From positions 6,751-70,750 of the forward strand of contig CAIYJU010000135.1 of assembly GCA_903926565.1 (NCBI GenBank): a stretch of 64,000 bases of DNA, written 5' to 3'. The position numbers and the translations under genes are program-made. The notes beneath the pieces were generated by a model. It saw only the letters and a program-made list of their open reading frames with translations. It searched no databases and was not told where the DNA came from. Within the stretch, counting starts at the first letter, position 1, and every line of letters starts with the position of its first letter. This document shows positions 23,801 through 33,579 of the stretch, in pieces. The stretch is from an uncultured Bacteroidales bacterium. GTDB lineage: Bacteria; Bacteroidota; Bacteroidia; Bacteroidales; FEN-979.

Positions 23801-25984
23801 TTAGTAAAACAACCACTCTGCGGGCAGCCTCTGTTTCGGCTTTGTCTGACTCATCACTGAAACCTCCAGCGTGTCGCTTCCTGTCCTTTCAAAAAAGGCG
23901 ACCCTGATTTTGTGAAATCCTTTGGCCAGGGCAATGCTGCCAGACTTTTCGGTCAGTCCGTGAAGCCCGTCGTTATTCACAACCAGCTGGTCATCAATCC
24001 ACAAACAACTGCCATCGTCAGAACTGGTGAAGAATATATATACATCCGATTCGGGCACCTGCACATATCCGTCATAAACAAAACTGAAAAGATCATCCTG
24101 GTTGCGCGGGGTAAACACGAAACCGGGTGTGATCCCTTCTTTCACAGGTTTCATTGTGGTGAAATCGGGGAGGCTGTCCCAGGCACCTTCGAAATAGCGG
24201 TAGCGCAATCCGACCCTGACGGGGTCTCCCACCCTGACGGGGTCTCCCACCCTGACGGGGTCCTCAACCCTGACGGGGTGGGGTGCCCTGGGAGCAACTT
24301 TCCTAAACTCTTTTCTCACCGTACCACTCACAGGTTTTCCGTCCCTGAAACACCGGGCGCTGACCAGGGTTGTCTCCTTAACCGTGAACGGGCGCATGTA
24401 CAACGGAGAAGTCGAAGAAGGATCTTTTGTTCCAATGCTATACCGGATTTGAACATTGTCCCGATTGCTCACCAGGCTGACACTCAGAGAGTCAACAAAA
24501 GTGTCGAACACTGTTTGAAATCCAGGTGGATCGGTCAGATCGGGCTTGCCCTGAATGTACAATGCGATCACACTGTTAATGGTGTCGGGGGCTCTCTCTG
24601 GCAATGAGATCACCAGCGCATCATTTTGACGTTTGATCCGAAGGGGGGTCTTTGCGGGATCGGCAAGCAAATATGCTTTCTCCGCAGTATTCAGAACTCC
24701 GGACAGTTCAAGCTGACCATCGGAAGGCCAGTCGAAGACATGTAGATAGAGGATGGCCCCGGTTGCAGTCAGTTTCTGAGTGCATCTCCCCCATTTCAAC
24801 TGGCTGAAGGGGCTCGCCTGGGTTCCATAAACCGATTCGCCGTTCGATGCCATCCATTTACCGATTGCTGCAAGCCGATCCCTGCTTTCCTGCGGAAACA
24901 ACCCCTCTGACGTTGGCCCGACATTAAGCAGGTAATTCCCACCTTTCGAGGCAATATCGGCAAGCATCAGGATGATCTCTTTCGTCGATTTGAAATTTTT
25001 ATCGGCCTTGTTGTATCCCCAATGGTCGTTCATGGTCATGCAGGTTTCCCAATAAACCCCGGGCAATCCGGTGGCAGGGATCTGTTGCTCAGGGGTTCCG
25101 AAATCACCTCCAAAAGCACCCGCTTTGGTAAGTCCCTCCATGTCGAGGCGGCCGGCCCCGACACGGTTATTTACCAGGATACCGGGCTGCAGACTTTTAA
25201 CATATTGATAAATTTCTTTGCCATGTTTCTCATTCCAGGTACTCTCCCACTCCCCGTCAAACCACAAAACGCCGATCTCGCCATAATTTGTCAGCAACTC
25301 TTTCAACTGAGCCTTCATATATGACACATAACGATCAAAATCAGCGCCATCTGACGACCTGGTTTTTTCCCATGGACGGCGTGGCAGGTAATCGGGATGA
25401 TGCCAGTCCATGATGGAATAATAGAAACAGAATTTCAATCCGTATTTTTCACAGGCAGCAGTAAGCTCCCGCATCGGATCGCGTTTGAACGGGGTGCTCA
25501 TGATGTTGAATTCCGATTGCTTCGTATCAAACAGGCAAAACCCGTCATGGTGTTTCGAAGTAATAACAATATATTTCATCCCTGCATCCCTGGCCATTCT
25601 CACCCAGGCATCGGCATCAAACTGAACAGGGTTAAACCTGGGGCGAAACTGATCATATACTTCCAGCGGGATCTCTGCCGACGTCCTGATCCACTCCCCG
25701 TATTCCGTTTTACCATTCCATTCCCCTGCAGGGACTGAATACAACCCCCAATGGATGAACATCCCGAAGCGGGCATCGCTCCACCAGGCCATCTGCGCGG
25801 CGGGATCAGGTTTCCCGGTTGCAGGATCCGGCATTGCCGTGGAAGATTGAGACTCCGAACCGCGTGGCGATAAAAACGGCAGACTGGCAGAGGCATTCGG
25901 GAGGCTCACGCCTGATTGAGCCATGGCATTGTCAAACCCGGAGATAAACAGGATAAGACTAAAAATCAGTAACCGGTGTATCAT
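23801..25984 (-). CDS. GH29 alpha-L-fucosidase with C-terminal PA14/GLEYA-like domain
   Basis: 727 aa. Signal peptide, GH29 motif WWSDARFGMFIHWGLYSVPAGEW, and a C-terminal GLRYRYFEGAWDSLPDF...SSDDGSCLWIDDQLVVNNDG PA14-type domain. Confidence 0.88.
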   Translation of the reverse strand: MIHRLLIFSLILFISGFDNAMAQSGVSLPNASASLPFLSPRGSESQSSTAMPDPATGKPDPAAQMAWWSDARFGMFIHWGLYSVPAGEWNGKTEYGEWIRTSAEIPLEVYDQFRPRFNPVQFDADAWVRMARDAGMKYIVITSKHHDGFCLFDTKQSEFNIMSTPFKRDPMRELTAACEKYGLKFCFYYSIMDWHHPDYLPRRPWEKTRSSDGADFDRYVSYMKAQLKELLTNYGEIGVLWFDGEWESTWNEKHGKEIYQYVKSLQPGILVNNRVGAGRLDMEGLTKAGAFGGDFGTPEQQIPATGLPGVYWETCMTMNDHWGYNKADKNFKSTKEIILMLADIASKGGNYLLNVGPTSEGLFPQESRDRLAAIGKWMASNGESVYGTQASPFSQLKWGRCTQKLTATGAILYLHVFDWPSDGQLELSGVLNTAEKAYLLADPAKTPLRIKRQNDALVISLPERAPDTINSVIALYIQGKPDLTDPPGFQTVFDTFVDSLSVSLVSNRDNVQIRYSIGTKDPSSTSPLYMRPFTVKETTLVSARCFRDGKPVSGTVRKEFRKVAPRAPHPVRVEDPVRVGDPVRVGDPVRVGLRYRYFEGAWDSLPDFTTMKPVKEGITPGFVFTPRNQDDLFSFVYDGYVQVPESDVYIFFTSSDDGSCLWIDDQLVVNNDGLHGLTEKSGSIALAKGFHKIRVAFFERTGSDTLEVSVMSQTKPKQRLPAEWLFY
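24213..24284. repeat. 18-bp in-frame tandem repeat x4 inside the GH29 gene
   Basis: accctgacggggtctccc occurs twice exactly, then two diverged copies. It encodes (H/D)PVRV(E/G) x4 in the linker between the catalytic region and the PA14-like domain. Confidence 0.9.
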
Positions 25985-25995
25985 AGTTTATTTGT

Positions 25996-27879
25996 TTATC
26001 TTGACAAGGTAAATGTTCCGGATTCCCGGTATGTCTCCCCCGGGGACTGCCAGGTTTCAAAGAAGGCATCAAATGTATAAACATCAGGTTCGGCTTTTCC
26101 TCCTTTCACATACCCATCCCAACCAATGCTGATGTCGTTCGACTCAAATATCATGGCTCCCCAGCGATTATAAATCTGAAGCTTGTATCTGGTTATCTCC
26201 TTTCCCACCGGTTTGTAAAAATCATTCAGCCCGTCACCGTTCGGGGTGAAGGCATTTGGAAACCAAATCAGCAACGGACACTCTTTAAACTGAAGCGTTG
26301 TTTTGACAACACTGTCGCACCCATTTGCACTTTGAAGTGTATCATGATAGATCCCGCCGGTATTTTGCAGGGCATGCTGAACATAATATGTCTGCCCCTG
26401 GCAGATGGTGGTATCGACCGCAGCCTCCGAATTTTCTTTCAAAGTAACCTGAATTGTGTCAGAAGATTCGCACGATGATGAATTGACTGCCTGAACCCAA
26501 TAAATGCCTGAGGTATCTGCAGTGATGGTTCTCGTGGTTGCCCCTGTTGACCACAAATACCGGCTTGCATTTGTGCCTGCATCCAGGAGGGTGTTTTGTC
26601 CCCGGCACACGATACGGTCGGGACCCAGTGAAACAGCCGGTTGCGGGATAACCACAATTTTTTTGCACGCCGAGCTGATACCGGCAGCGCCACCGTCAAC
26701 AGTGAGTAATACATTGTAATTACCCGCATCGTTATAGGTGAATGGCGGAGGAATAATGCCGGTGGCAAAAGGAGGAACAGCCGCCATGCATGTTGGAAGG
26801 AACATCCGGATGATGGAAGAACTTCCGAAGTTGGCGATAAATGCGTAAAGTACATCATTCTGCCGCACGAATTCAGTTATTCCGAATGGTTTGTTCAATA
26901 TCCCGCCGTTATTGATGCGATACCCGGTTACATTGCCTCCGAGACCTTTACTGAAAACAAGGTGGATGATGCAATCGTTCGAGGTATTGACCATGTTTGT
27001 CACAAATCCGCTCACTCCTCCGCAGTCGTTTGTCAGGGAGATTCCGGAATTCTGGGTCAACCCGGTTATGCCGGGGAGGCTCATTGCGGGCGGAGCCGGA
27101 TTAAGCAGGGAGGAGCCATAAACAATCCGGGTTAAGCTGCTGCTTGTCGCGTTGCACACGAAAGCATACCATATGTTTTTTTCCAGGGCAAGAACGAGGT
27201 TTACGGGGCCGGAGAGTTGTCCGATGTTTCCCATGTCAAAACTCAAAGGGGTGTTGTTAAGATTTGTCCCGAATTCCAGGCGGAAAATCCTGTCGCCCGA
27301 CACATCAAGTAAAAATCCAACCCAATCAGTGTTTTGCTTTTCTATTGCCAACCCGGAACCCATCGACACTTTTCCCAGGTTAATCACCTGCGAGGTCGGA
27401 GAATTTGCCAGTGACGAACCAAAAACCAGTTTGATCAGGTTCGGGCCACTTGCAATAAACCCATACCAGATCCCATTGTCGTTTTTTACCTGGATGCCCC
27501 GCATCAACCCTGGCGGAACTGCAAAACTTCCCAGGTCGGTGGTTGATATCGGAAATTGCGCCAGGGACGGCCCGAAAAAACACTTTACAATTCTATTGTT
27601 TCCCGTACTTGTGATGAAGGTATAATAATCCTGTCCCTCCTTGGCCATGGTGATGTAGCTCGGACCATTCAGCTTCTGGCCAGGGTTGCCTATATTTGAT
27701 CCGTCAGGTTCGGAAGAAGCATTGCCACTGCAGAAACTCCAGTTGTAGGAGATGGCGGAGGGTGGCTGAACATTTGTGATATTCACCGGTGCTCCTGCAC
27801 AAACTGTATCAGGCATTGTGAACGCCGCATTCTGGGCCGTACAAAAGGCGGAAGCAGCAAAAAACAATAAAAAAAACAT
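25996..27879 (-). CDS. T9SS type-B (gliding-motility-associated) C-terminal-domain secreted protein
   Basis: C-terminus FPNAFTPNGDGLNDFYKPVGKEITRYKLQIYNRWGAMIFES...GWDG is the type-B sorting domain. I place the start at the Met at 27879 (MFFLLFFAASAFCTAQN signal peptide). The ORF-track extension to 27987 is Cys-rich read-through of a repeat element. Confidence 0.8.
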   Translation of the reverse strand: MFFLLFFAASAFCTAQNAAFTMPDTVCAGAPVNITNVQPPSAISYNWSFCSGNASSEPDGSNIGNPGQKLNGPSYITMAKEGQDYYTFITSTGNNRIVKCFFGPSLAQFPISTTDLGSFAVPPGLMRGIQVKNDNGIWYGFIASGPNLIKLVFGSSLANSPTSQVINLGKVSMGSGLAIEKQNTDWVGFLLDVSGDRIFRLEFGTNLNNTPLSFDMGNIGQLSGPVNLVLALEKNIWYAFVCNATSSSLTRIVYGSSLLNPAPPAMSLPGITGLTQNSGISLTNDCGGVSGFVTNMVNTSNDCIIHLVFSKGLGGNVTGYRINNGGILNKPFGITEFVRQNDVLYAFIANFGSSSIIRMFLPTCMAAVPPFATGIIPPPFTYNDAGNYNVLLTVDGGAAGISSACKKIVVIPQPAVSLGPDRIVCRGQNTLLDAGTNASRYLWSTGATTRTITADTSGIYWVQAVNSSSCESSDTIQVTLKENSEAAVDTTICQGQTYYVQHALQNTGGIYHDTLQSANGCDSVVKTTLQFKECPLLIWFPNAFTPNGDGLNDFYKPVGKEITRYKLQIYNRWGAMIFESNDISIGWDGYVKGGKAEPDVYTFDAFFETWQSPGETYRESGTFTLSR

Positions 27880-27945
27880 CCTCCGTATTAAATTATTACA
27901 CGAAGTACCACAGAGACAACACGAAGAGACACGAAGAAAAAAATT
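27875..27945. repeat. degenerate copy of the CACRGAG decamer/palindrome REP-like element
   Basis: cctccgtattaaattattacacgaagtaccacagagacaacacgaagagacacgaag resembles the loop plus right arm of the elements at 54556, 62469 and 62948. Confidence 0.4.
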
Positions 27946-27983
27946 ACAAAACATATCTTGAATGATCATCAGGCAGCAATTAC

Positions 27984-29162
27984 TCACCGTACAAGTGTTA
28001 TTGTGCCTTTGTTGCTGGTTCTCGTTTTTTTATTATCCTCATAGAAAATCACCCACAAATAATTACCCTCAGGGCAATAGTCGCCTTTCATCGTACCATC
28101 CCAGCCTTCCAGGATGTCTTTGGAACTGAAAACCACCTGTCCCCAACGATTGAATATCTGCATGTTGAACTGCGTGATGTTCTCCTGTGGCAACCCAAGG
28201 ATGCGAAAGTAATCATTCAATCCGTCCCCGTTGGGCGTGAACGCGTTGGGAATATATGGCGATACATAAACGGTAACTTCATCCGTGAACTCCTCACCGC
28301 TGCACAGGGTACAAAGCACACGGTAGGTTGTTGTGACAGAGGGAGCAACCACCAGGGTCTGCTCTTCTGACAATAAATCCGAACCGATATACCAATGATA
28401 CGATATTTTATCCCCGGGAGTTATCGGTTCCATATGATACGGAATTTCCGTTATACTGTAAGTATCTGAGGATGTTGGCACATATCGCCAGCCCTCCTTG
28501 CTGACGCTGAAAGAGGTTGAATTCCTGTTTTTATTGGGGAGGGTATCACAACGGAATCCGTTTTCATTCTGGATTCCCATGGTGCATTTGTTATCCCAGT
28601 TCACACAAACCGGCTTATTGAATATGTGTGTTTCAATGGTGTCCCCCTCAATCAATACGATCTGAAAAGAGACAGACAGGTCGGTGCATCCAAACATGGG
28701 GCACTGGCACCACATGACGACAAGTTTTCGGTTCGGGGCCTTTCCGACTGTCTGAAAAAAGATGTACGGACTTCCGGCTGCGATCGGATTATAGTCTTCC
28801 ATCGCCCCAAGAATGCAATTTTTCGGACTGGCATCATTTGAGCTTGGCAGGCGGATGTTGCGCATCGACCCCCAGTTGAGGTTATGGGTAAAACTGATCC
28901 ATCCATTGTCGCCAATCGAGAATGTGGTATACTTTTTTCCATAGAAGGTAAAGGAGAACCCGATATCATAAGGCCCTTCAACATGGTTGTCGTAGGTTGT
29001 CAACCCAATCGCCAGTGTTCCGAATTTAGCCGTCAGGTTTACGGGGACCCCCGGGTTGATGGTATCGTCTTTGCCCGCTGAAACCTGACCAAACGATTTC
29101 CCTGCAAATAAAAGGAAGAAAAAAACCATTATTACAAGGGAGAAATTCATGGAATATGCCAA
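27984..29162 (-). CDS. T9SS type-B C-terminal-domain secreted protein
   Basis: 392 aa. Signal peptide, and C-terminus IPNAFTPNGDGLNDYFRILGLPQENITQFNMQIFNRWGQVVFSSKDILEGWDG. Confidence 0.85.
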   Translation of the reverse strand: MAYSMNFSLVIMVFFFLLFAGKSFGQVSAGKDDTINPGVPVNLTAKFGTLAIGLTTYDNHVEGPYDIGFSFTFYGKKYTTFSIGDNGWISFTHNLNWGSMRNIRLPSSNDASPKNCILGAMEDYNPIAAGSPYIFFQTVGKAPNRKLVVMWCQCPMFGCTDLSVSFQIVLIEGDTIETHIFNKPVCVNWDNKCTMGIQNENGFRCDTLPNKNRNSTSFSVSKEGWRYVPTSSDTYSITEIPYHMEPITPGDKISYHWYIGSDLLSEEQTLVVAPSVTTTYRVLCTLCSGEEFTDEVTVYVSPYIPNAFTPNGDGLNDYFRILGLPQENITQFNMQIFNRWGQVVFSSKDILEGWDGTMKGDYCPEGNYLWVIFYEDNKKTRTSNKGTITLVR

Positions 29163-29172
29163 TTAGAACCGT

Positions 29173-29215
29173 GATTTTGCATTTTGCTTTCTGCAATTTG
29201 CATTTTGCATTTTAC
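29173..29215. repeat. heptamer-periodic TTTGCAT-like repeat tract
   Basis: gattttgcattttgctttctgcaatttgcattttgcatttta lies in the divergent intergenic region between the T9SS gene and glyA. Confidence 0.6.
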
Positions 29216-29261
29216 TTATGCCTTTTCCAAGCAAATATCAAGATTTTATCTGAAATAATTT

Positions 29262-29269
29262 TACTTTTG
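29262..29269 (+). promoter_or_regulatory. candidate -7 box (TACTTTTG) for glyA
   Basis: TAnnTTTG match 61 nt upstream of the glyA ATG. Confidence 0.3.
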
Positions 29270-29329
29270 TTGTTCCGTAAGACCTTCATCAAAATTAACG
29301 ATATTTAATCTCCAAAATTTTAACTTGTT

Positions 29330-30610
29330 ATGAAAAAAGATAGTGCGATTTTCAAGGTCATTAAGGATGAATTGCATCGGCAAACCAGCGGACTGGAGCT
29401 GATCGCTTCTGAAAATTTTGTCAGCGACCAGGTATTGAAAGCCATGGGTTCCTGTCTGACAAACAAATATGCCGAAGGATATCCCGGAAAACGATATTAC
29501 GGCGGCTGCCAGAATGTTGATATTTCTGAGCAAATCGCAATTGACCGCGCCAAAGAATTATTCAATGCCGCATGGGCCAATGTACAGCCCCACTCCGGTG
29601 CCCAGGCCAACATGGCCGTTCTGATGACCTGCCTGAAACCTGGCGACACTTTCATGGGACTTGATCTTTCACATGGCGGCCACCTTTCACACGGCTCACC
29701 GGTGAACTCTTCAGGAATCCTCTACAAGGCAGTATCTTACGAAGTGGAGCAGGAAACCGGGATGATCGATTATGACAAGATGGAGGCAAAAGCACTTGCA
29801 CTGAAGCCAAAACTGATCATTGCCGGAGCCTCGGCATACTCCCGTGACTGGGACTATAAACGGATGCGGAGCATTGCTGATAAAATCGGCGCTTTACTCC
29901 TGGCCGACATCGCCCATCCTGCAGGTCTTATTGCCCGCGGCCTCCTCAACGACCCGATGCCCCATTGCCACTTTGTGACCACCACCACCCATAAAACCCT
30001 GCGCGGCCCCCGCGGCGGGATGATCCTGATGGGTTCGGACTTTGAAAACCCCTGGAAGCTTACCACCCCGAAAGGTGAGATTAAGATGATGTCACAGCTG
30101 CTGGATTCGGCAGTCTTCCCGGGAATCCAGGGCGGCCCACTCGAACATGTGATCGCTGCAAAGGCCGTATCTTTTTATGAGGCGCTTTCAGATGAATACA
30201 TGGACTACATCCTCCAGGTGAAGAAAAATGCCACTGCCATGGCCAAGGCATTCACCGACAAAGGGTACCATGTAATTTCAGGCGGCACCGACAACCACCT
30301 GATGCTCATCGATCTGCGGACCAAATTCCCGAACATCACAGGGAAGCAGGTGGAAAACACATTGGTAAGAGCCGACATCACCGTGAATAAAAACATGGTG
30401 CCGTTCGACAGCCGTTCTCCGTTCACAACCTCCGGATTGCGTGTGGGAACGCCTGCCATAACCACCCGCGGATTGAAAGAAAAACACATGGCGAAGATCG
30501 TAACCCTGATTGACGAGGTGATCAGCGACATCGAAAATGAAGCAAAAATCCTGAAAGTGGGCAAAAAAGTCAATGAAATGATGGCTGAATTCCCACTGTT
30601 TGCCTACTAA
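29330..30610 (+). CDS. glyA: serine hydroxymethyltransferase
   Basis: 426 aa. ELIASENF, and [14 protein letters not shown] (PLP-lysine motif). Confidence 0.97.
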   Translation: MKKDSAIFKVIKDELHRQTSGLELIASENFVSDQVLKAMGSCLTNKYAEGYPGKRYYGGCQNVDISEQIAIDRAKELFNAAWANVQPHSGAQANMAVLMTCLKPGDTFMGLDLSHGGHLSHGSPVNSSGILYKAVSYEVEQETGMIDYDKMEAKALALKPKLIIAGASAYSRDWDYKRMRSIADKIGALLLADIAHPAGLIARGLLNDPMPHCHFVTTTTHKTLRGPRGGMILMGSDFENPWKLTTPKGEIKMMSQLLDSAVFPGIQGGPLEHVIAAKAVSFYEALSDEYMDYILQVKKNATAMAKAFTDKGYHVISGGTDNHLMLIDLRTKFPNITGKQVENTLVRADITVNKNMVPFDSRSPFTTSGLRVGTPAITTRGLKEKHMAKIVTLIDEVISDIENEAKILKVGKKVNEMMAEFPLFAY

Positions 30611-30618
30611 CCCACCAA

Positions 30619-30638
30619 CCCTGGTCTTCAGACCAGGG
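30619..30638 (+). terminator. perfect 8-bp-stem hairpin after glyA (terminator-like, no U-tract)
   Basis: ccctggtc-ttca-gaccaggg begins 9 nt after the glyA stop. Member of the TGAA/TTCA-loop hairpin family (see findings). Confidence 0.4.
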
Positions 30639-30662
30639 ACCTGGAAGAGCTTATAAAAGCCT

Positions 30663-31157
30663 ATGAAGACCTTATATCTGATGCGCCACGCTAAATCCTC
30701 CTGGGAAGAACCCGGTGTGTCGGATTTCGACCGGCCCCTGGTTCCCAGGGGCGGTAAAAAAACCCAGCTGATGGTGGATTTCCTGTTAAAGCGAAACACC
30801 ACCATTGACCTGATGGTTTCAAGCCCTGCTCTCCGCGCCTTTGAAACGGCAAAACTCATGGCCGCCGGGCTCAATTACCCGGTGAACAAGATAAAGACAG
30901 ACCGGAAGATCTATGATGGTTATTACGACCGTATTCTCGACATCATTTACGGTACACCGAACGATGTCAGCTCCCTGATGTTGTTCGGGCACAACCCGAC
31001 CATCACCAACCTGGCGAACCTGTTTCTTCATCCCGGGATCGATGAGATGACGACATCATGCATCGTATGCCTATCCTTCAACACGGATAAATGGGAAGAG
31101 ATTCCTTCCCAGGAAGCCATCCAGGAGTTTGTTGTATTTCCGAAAATGCTGAAGTAA
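30663..31157 (+). CDS. histidine phosphatase family protein (SixA-like)
   Basis: 164 aa. LYLMRHAKS...DFDRPL..RG and a later GHNP motif. Confidence 0.8.
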   Translation: MKTLYLMRHAKSSWEEPGVSDFDRPLVPRGGKKTQLMVDFLLKRNTTIDLMVSSPALRAFETAKLMAAGLNYPVNKIKTDRKIYDGYYDRILDIIYGTPNDVSSLMLFGHNPTITNLANLFLHPGIDEMTTSCIVCLSFNTDKWEEIPSQEAIQEFVVFPKMLK

Positions 31158-31158
31158 G

Positions 31159-33216
31159 ATGGCTCCCAGGCAGAAAGTTCCGATCTTAAACCGCGACCTT
31201 AACTGGCTCTACTTCAACGGGCGGGTATTGCAGGAAGCGGCCGATACGCGCAATCCTTTGCTTGAGCGCCTGAAGTTCCTCGGAATTTTCTCCAACAACA
31301 GGGATGAATTTTTCAGGGTACGGGTGGCCACCCTGAACCGGATGACGAAAGTTGACCATTTTCATTATGACACCCCTGTCAATCCCAGGAAGGCCCTGAA
31401 AGAGATCGGAGCACTGGTTCAGTTGCAGGAACGGGAATTTATGCTGATCTACGAAAAGATCCTTGAAGAGCTTAAGCCGCATAACATATTTATCATCAAC
31501 GAAACACAGCTTTCAGAATCCCAGGGGGATTTTGTGCGTAAATATTTCAGGGAGCAGGTTCGAGGAGGGCTATTCCCCATCATGGTCAGCAGCTTACAGG
31601 ATATCTCCTCCCTGCGCGACAAGTCGATCTACCTGGCTGTGGTTGTCGGACGGCATGACAAGGCGCTCAAAGACGATTATGCACTGATTGAATTGCCCAC
31701 GAAATCAATTTCCCGGTTTTTAATCCTTCCCACCGAAGGGGAAAAACGGTACATCATCCTGCTCGACGACATTGTCAGGTATTGCCTTTCTGAGATATTT
31801 TCAATTTTCGGTTACGACACTTTTTCCGCCTTTACGGTTAAAATCACCCGCGATGCGGAGATTGACATTGATACGGATGTCTCTAAAAGCTTTGTGGAGG
31901 TGATGACAGAAAGCCTGAAACAACGGAAACGCGGCATCCCGGTAAGGTTCGTTTATGACAAGTCGATCCCCTCCGATCTCCTGAAAATCATCACCAAACG
32001 ACTGGAAATCACCAAAGAAGATCCCATCAGGGGAGGCGGCAGGTATCATAACTTCAAAGATTTCATGGCCTTTCCCAACCTCGGGCATCGCGAACTGGAA
32101 TATGAACCCCTGGTTCCCCTGATGCACAAAGACCTTCCCCTGAGCAGAAGCATTCTTTCCTCAATCAGGGAGAAAGATATCATGCTCCATTATCCTTACC
32201 AGTCATTTCAGTATATCATCGACCTCCTGCGCGAAGCATCTATTGATCCGAAAGTACGGTCTGTTAAAATGACCATCTACCGGGCGGCAAAAAATTCCAA
32301 TGTCATCAATGCCCTGATCAACGCCGCAAGAAACGGCAAATATGTTACCGTGTTTATGGAACTCCAGGCCAGGTTTGATGAGGAGGCCAATATTTTCTGG
32401 ACGGAACGGTTACGCGAAGAGGGCGTCAAAGTCATCCACAGCATCCCGGGATTTAAAGTGCACAGCAAACTGATCCTGATCCGCCGGAAGGAAAACACAA
32501 GCAATTTCTTTTTCGCCTTTATCGGTACGGGGAATTTCAATGAAGTGACTGCAAAAGTCTATTCCGATGTAAGCCTTCTCACTGCCGATCAGACTATTTG
32601 CAACGATGTTGTAAATGCGTTTCACCTCATCGAAGAGAGCTACCGGCCATACAAGTTTAAAGCGCTGGTAGTAGCACCCTTGAATATGAGGAAGTTCTAC
32701 ACAAAGATGCTGCAGAATGAGATGTACCATGCAGCCGAGGGGCGAGAGGCCTGGGTCATCATCAAACTGAACAGCCTTGTGGATGGGGCCATGGTGAAAA
32801 AGTTGTATAAAGCAAGCCAGGCAGGGGTAAAGATCAAACTCATCATCCGGGGAGTGTGTACCCTTGTTCCGGGAATACCGGGATTAAGTGACAACATCGA
32901 AGCCATCAGCATCGTCGACCGCTTTCTGGAACATGCCCGCATCATCGTTTTCTGCAACGGGGGCGACAACCAGTACTACATCACTTCGGCAGACTGGATG
33001 GTACGGAATTTCGACAACCGCATTGAAGTGGCAACACCGATTTACGACCCCGGCATCCGGGAACAACTTCGCAAAATGCTTGACCTGCAGCTTGCAGATA
33101 ATGTAAAAGCACGGGTGATCGGGCCGCAGGAGCAAAACAAGTATAAAAAAACCAGAGGGGCCGCCATCCGGTCGCAGGTGGAGATATACAACTATTTAAA
33201 AGAGATGACGTTGTAG
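31159..33216 (+). CDS. ppk1: polyphosphate kinase 1
   Basis: 685 aa. NRDLNWLYFNGRVLQEA N-terminus, and two HKD-like segments (KVHSKLILI, RFLEHARIIVF). Confidence 0.95.
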   Translation: MAPRQKVPILNRDLNWLYFNGRVLQEAADTRNPLLERLKFLGIFSNNRDEFFRVRVATLNRMTKVDHFHYDTPVNPRKALKEIGALVQLQEREFMLIYEKILEELKPHNIFIINETQLSESQGDFVRKYFREQVRGGLFPIMVSSLQDISSLRDKSIYLAVVVGRHDKALKDDYALIELPTKSISRFLILPTEGEKRYIILLDDIVRYCLSEIFSIFGYDTFSAFTVKITRDAEIDIDTDVSKSFVEVMTESLKQRKRGIPVRFVYDKSIPSDLLKIITKRLEITKEDPIRGGGRYHNFKDFMAFPNLGHRELEYEPLVPLMHKDLPLSRSILSSIREKDIMLHYPYQSFQYIIDLLREASIDPKVRSVKMTIYRAAKNSNVINALINAARNGKYVTVFMELQARFDEEANIFWTERLREEGVKVIHSIPGFKVHSKLILIRRKENTSNFFFAFIGTGNFNEVTAKVYSDVSLLTADQTICNDVVNAFHLIEESYRPYKFKALVVAPLNMRKFYTKMLQNEMYHAAEGREAWVIIKLNSLVDGAMVKKLYKASQAGVKIKLIIRGVCTLVPGIPGLSDNIEAISIVDRFLEHARIIVFCNGGDNQYYITSADWMVRNFDNRIEVATPIYDPGIREQLRKMLDLQLADNVKARVIGPQEQNKYKKTRGAAIRSQVEIYNYLKEMTL

Positions 33217-33264
33217 AATATGGATATTCGTCAATCGCATATTCGTCAATTATAAATCAAAATC
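33217..33264. repeat. two ATTCGTCAAT boxes 15 bp apart immediately upstream of the ftsB-like start
   Basis: attcgtcaat occurs at 33226-33235 and 33241-33250. Related to the TCGTAAAT boxes in the cox intergenic regions. Confidence 0.7.
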
Positions 33265-33579
33265 ATGGCTGTCTTAAGATTTATTTTCCGGATCCTGATC
33301 AACAAATTCTTCCTCACGACAGTGGCGTTTATTGTGTGGATGATTTTTTTCGACAGCAACAACCTTTTACGGCGCAACCAGGTACAGGAAAAGCTTGACG
33401 GCTTGAACCTTGAAAAGCAGTTCTACCTCCAGGAGATCAGGAAAGACTCCATTCTGACCAACCAGATCATGACCGACAGCACGCAGTTAGAGAAATTCGC
33501 CCGGGAGCGCTACCTGATGAAAAAGGAGAACGAAGACCTTTTCCTGGTCATTGACACTACTGCGGATCGACATCCATGA
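33265..33579 (+). CDS. septum formation initiator (FtsB/DivIC-like) family protein
   Basis: 104 aa. N-terminal TM segment then a coiled coil, ending FARERYLMKKENEDLFLV. Confidence 0.7.
   Translation: MAVLRFIFRILINKFFLTTVAFIVWMIFFDSNNLLRRNQVQEKLDGLNLEKQFYLQEIRKDSILTNQIMTDSTQLEKFARERYLMKKENEDLFLVIDTTADRHP

Noticed and set aside
27880-27987. N-terminal 36 codons of the ORF-track protein 25996..27987 (MSNCCLMIIQDMFCNFFLRVSSCCLCGTSC...)
   Set aside because: The Cys-rich, low-complexity sequence is read-through of a degenerate REP-like element and overlaps the upstream gene's stop. A canonical signal peptide begins at the Met at 27879.
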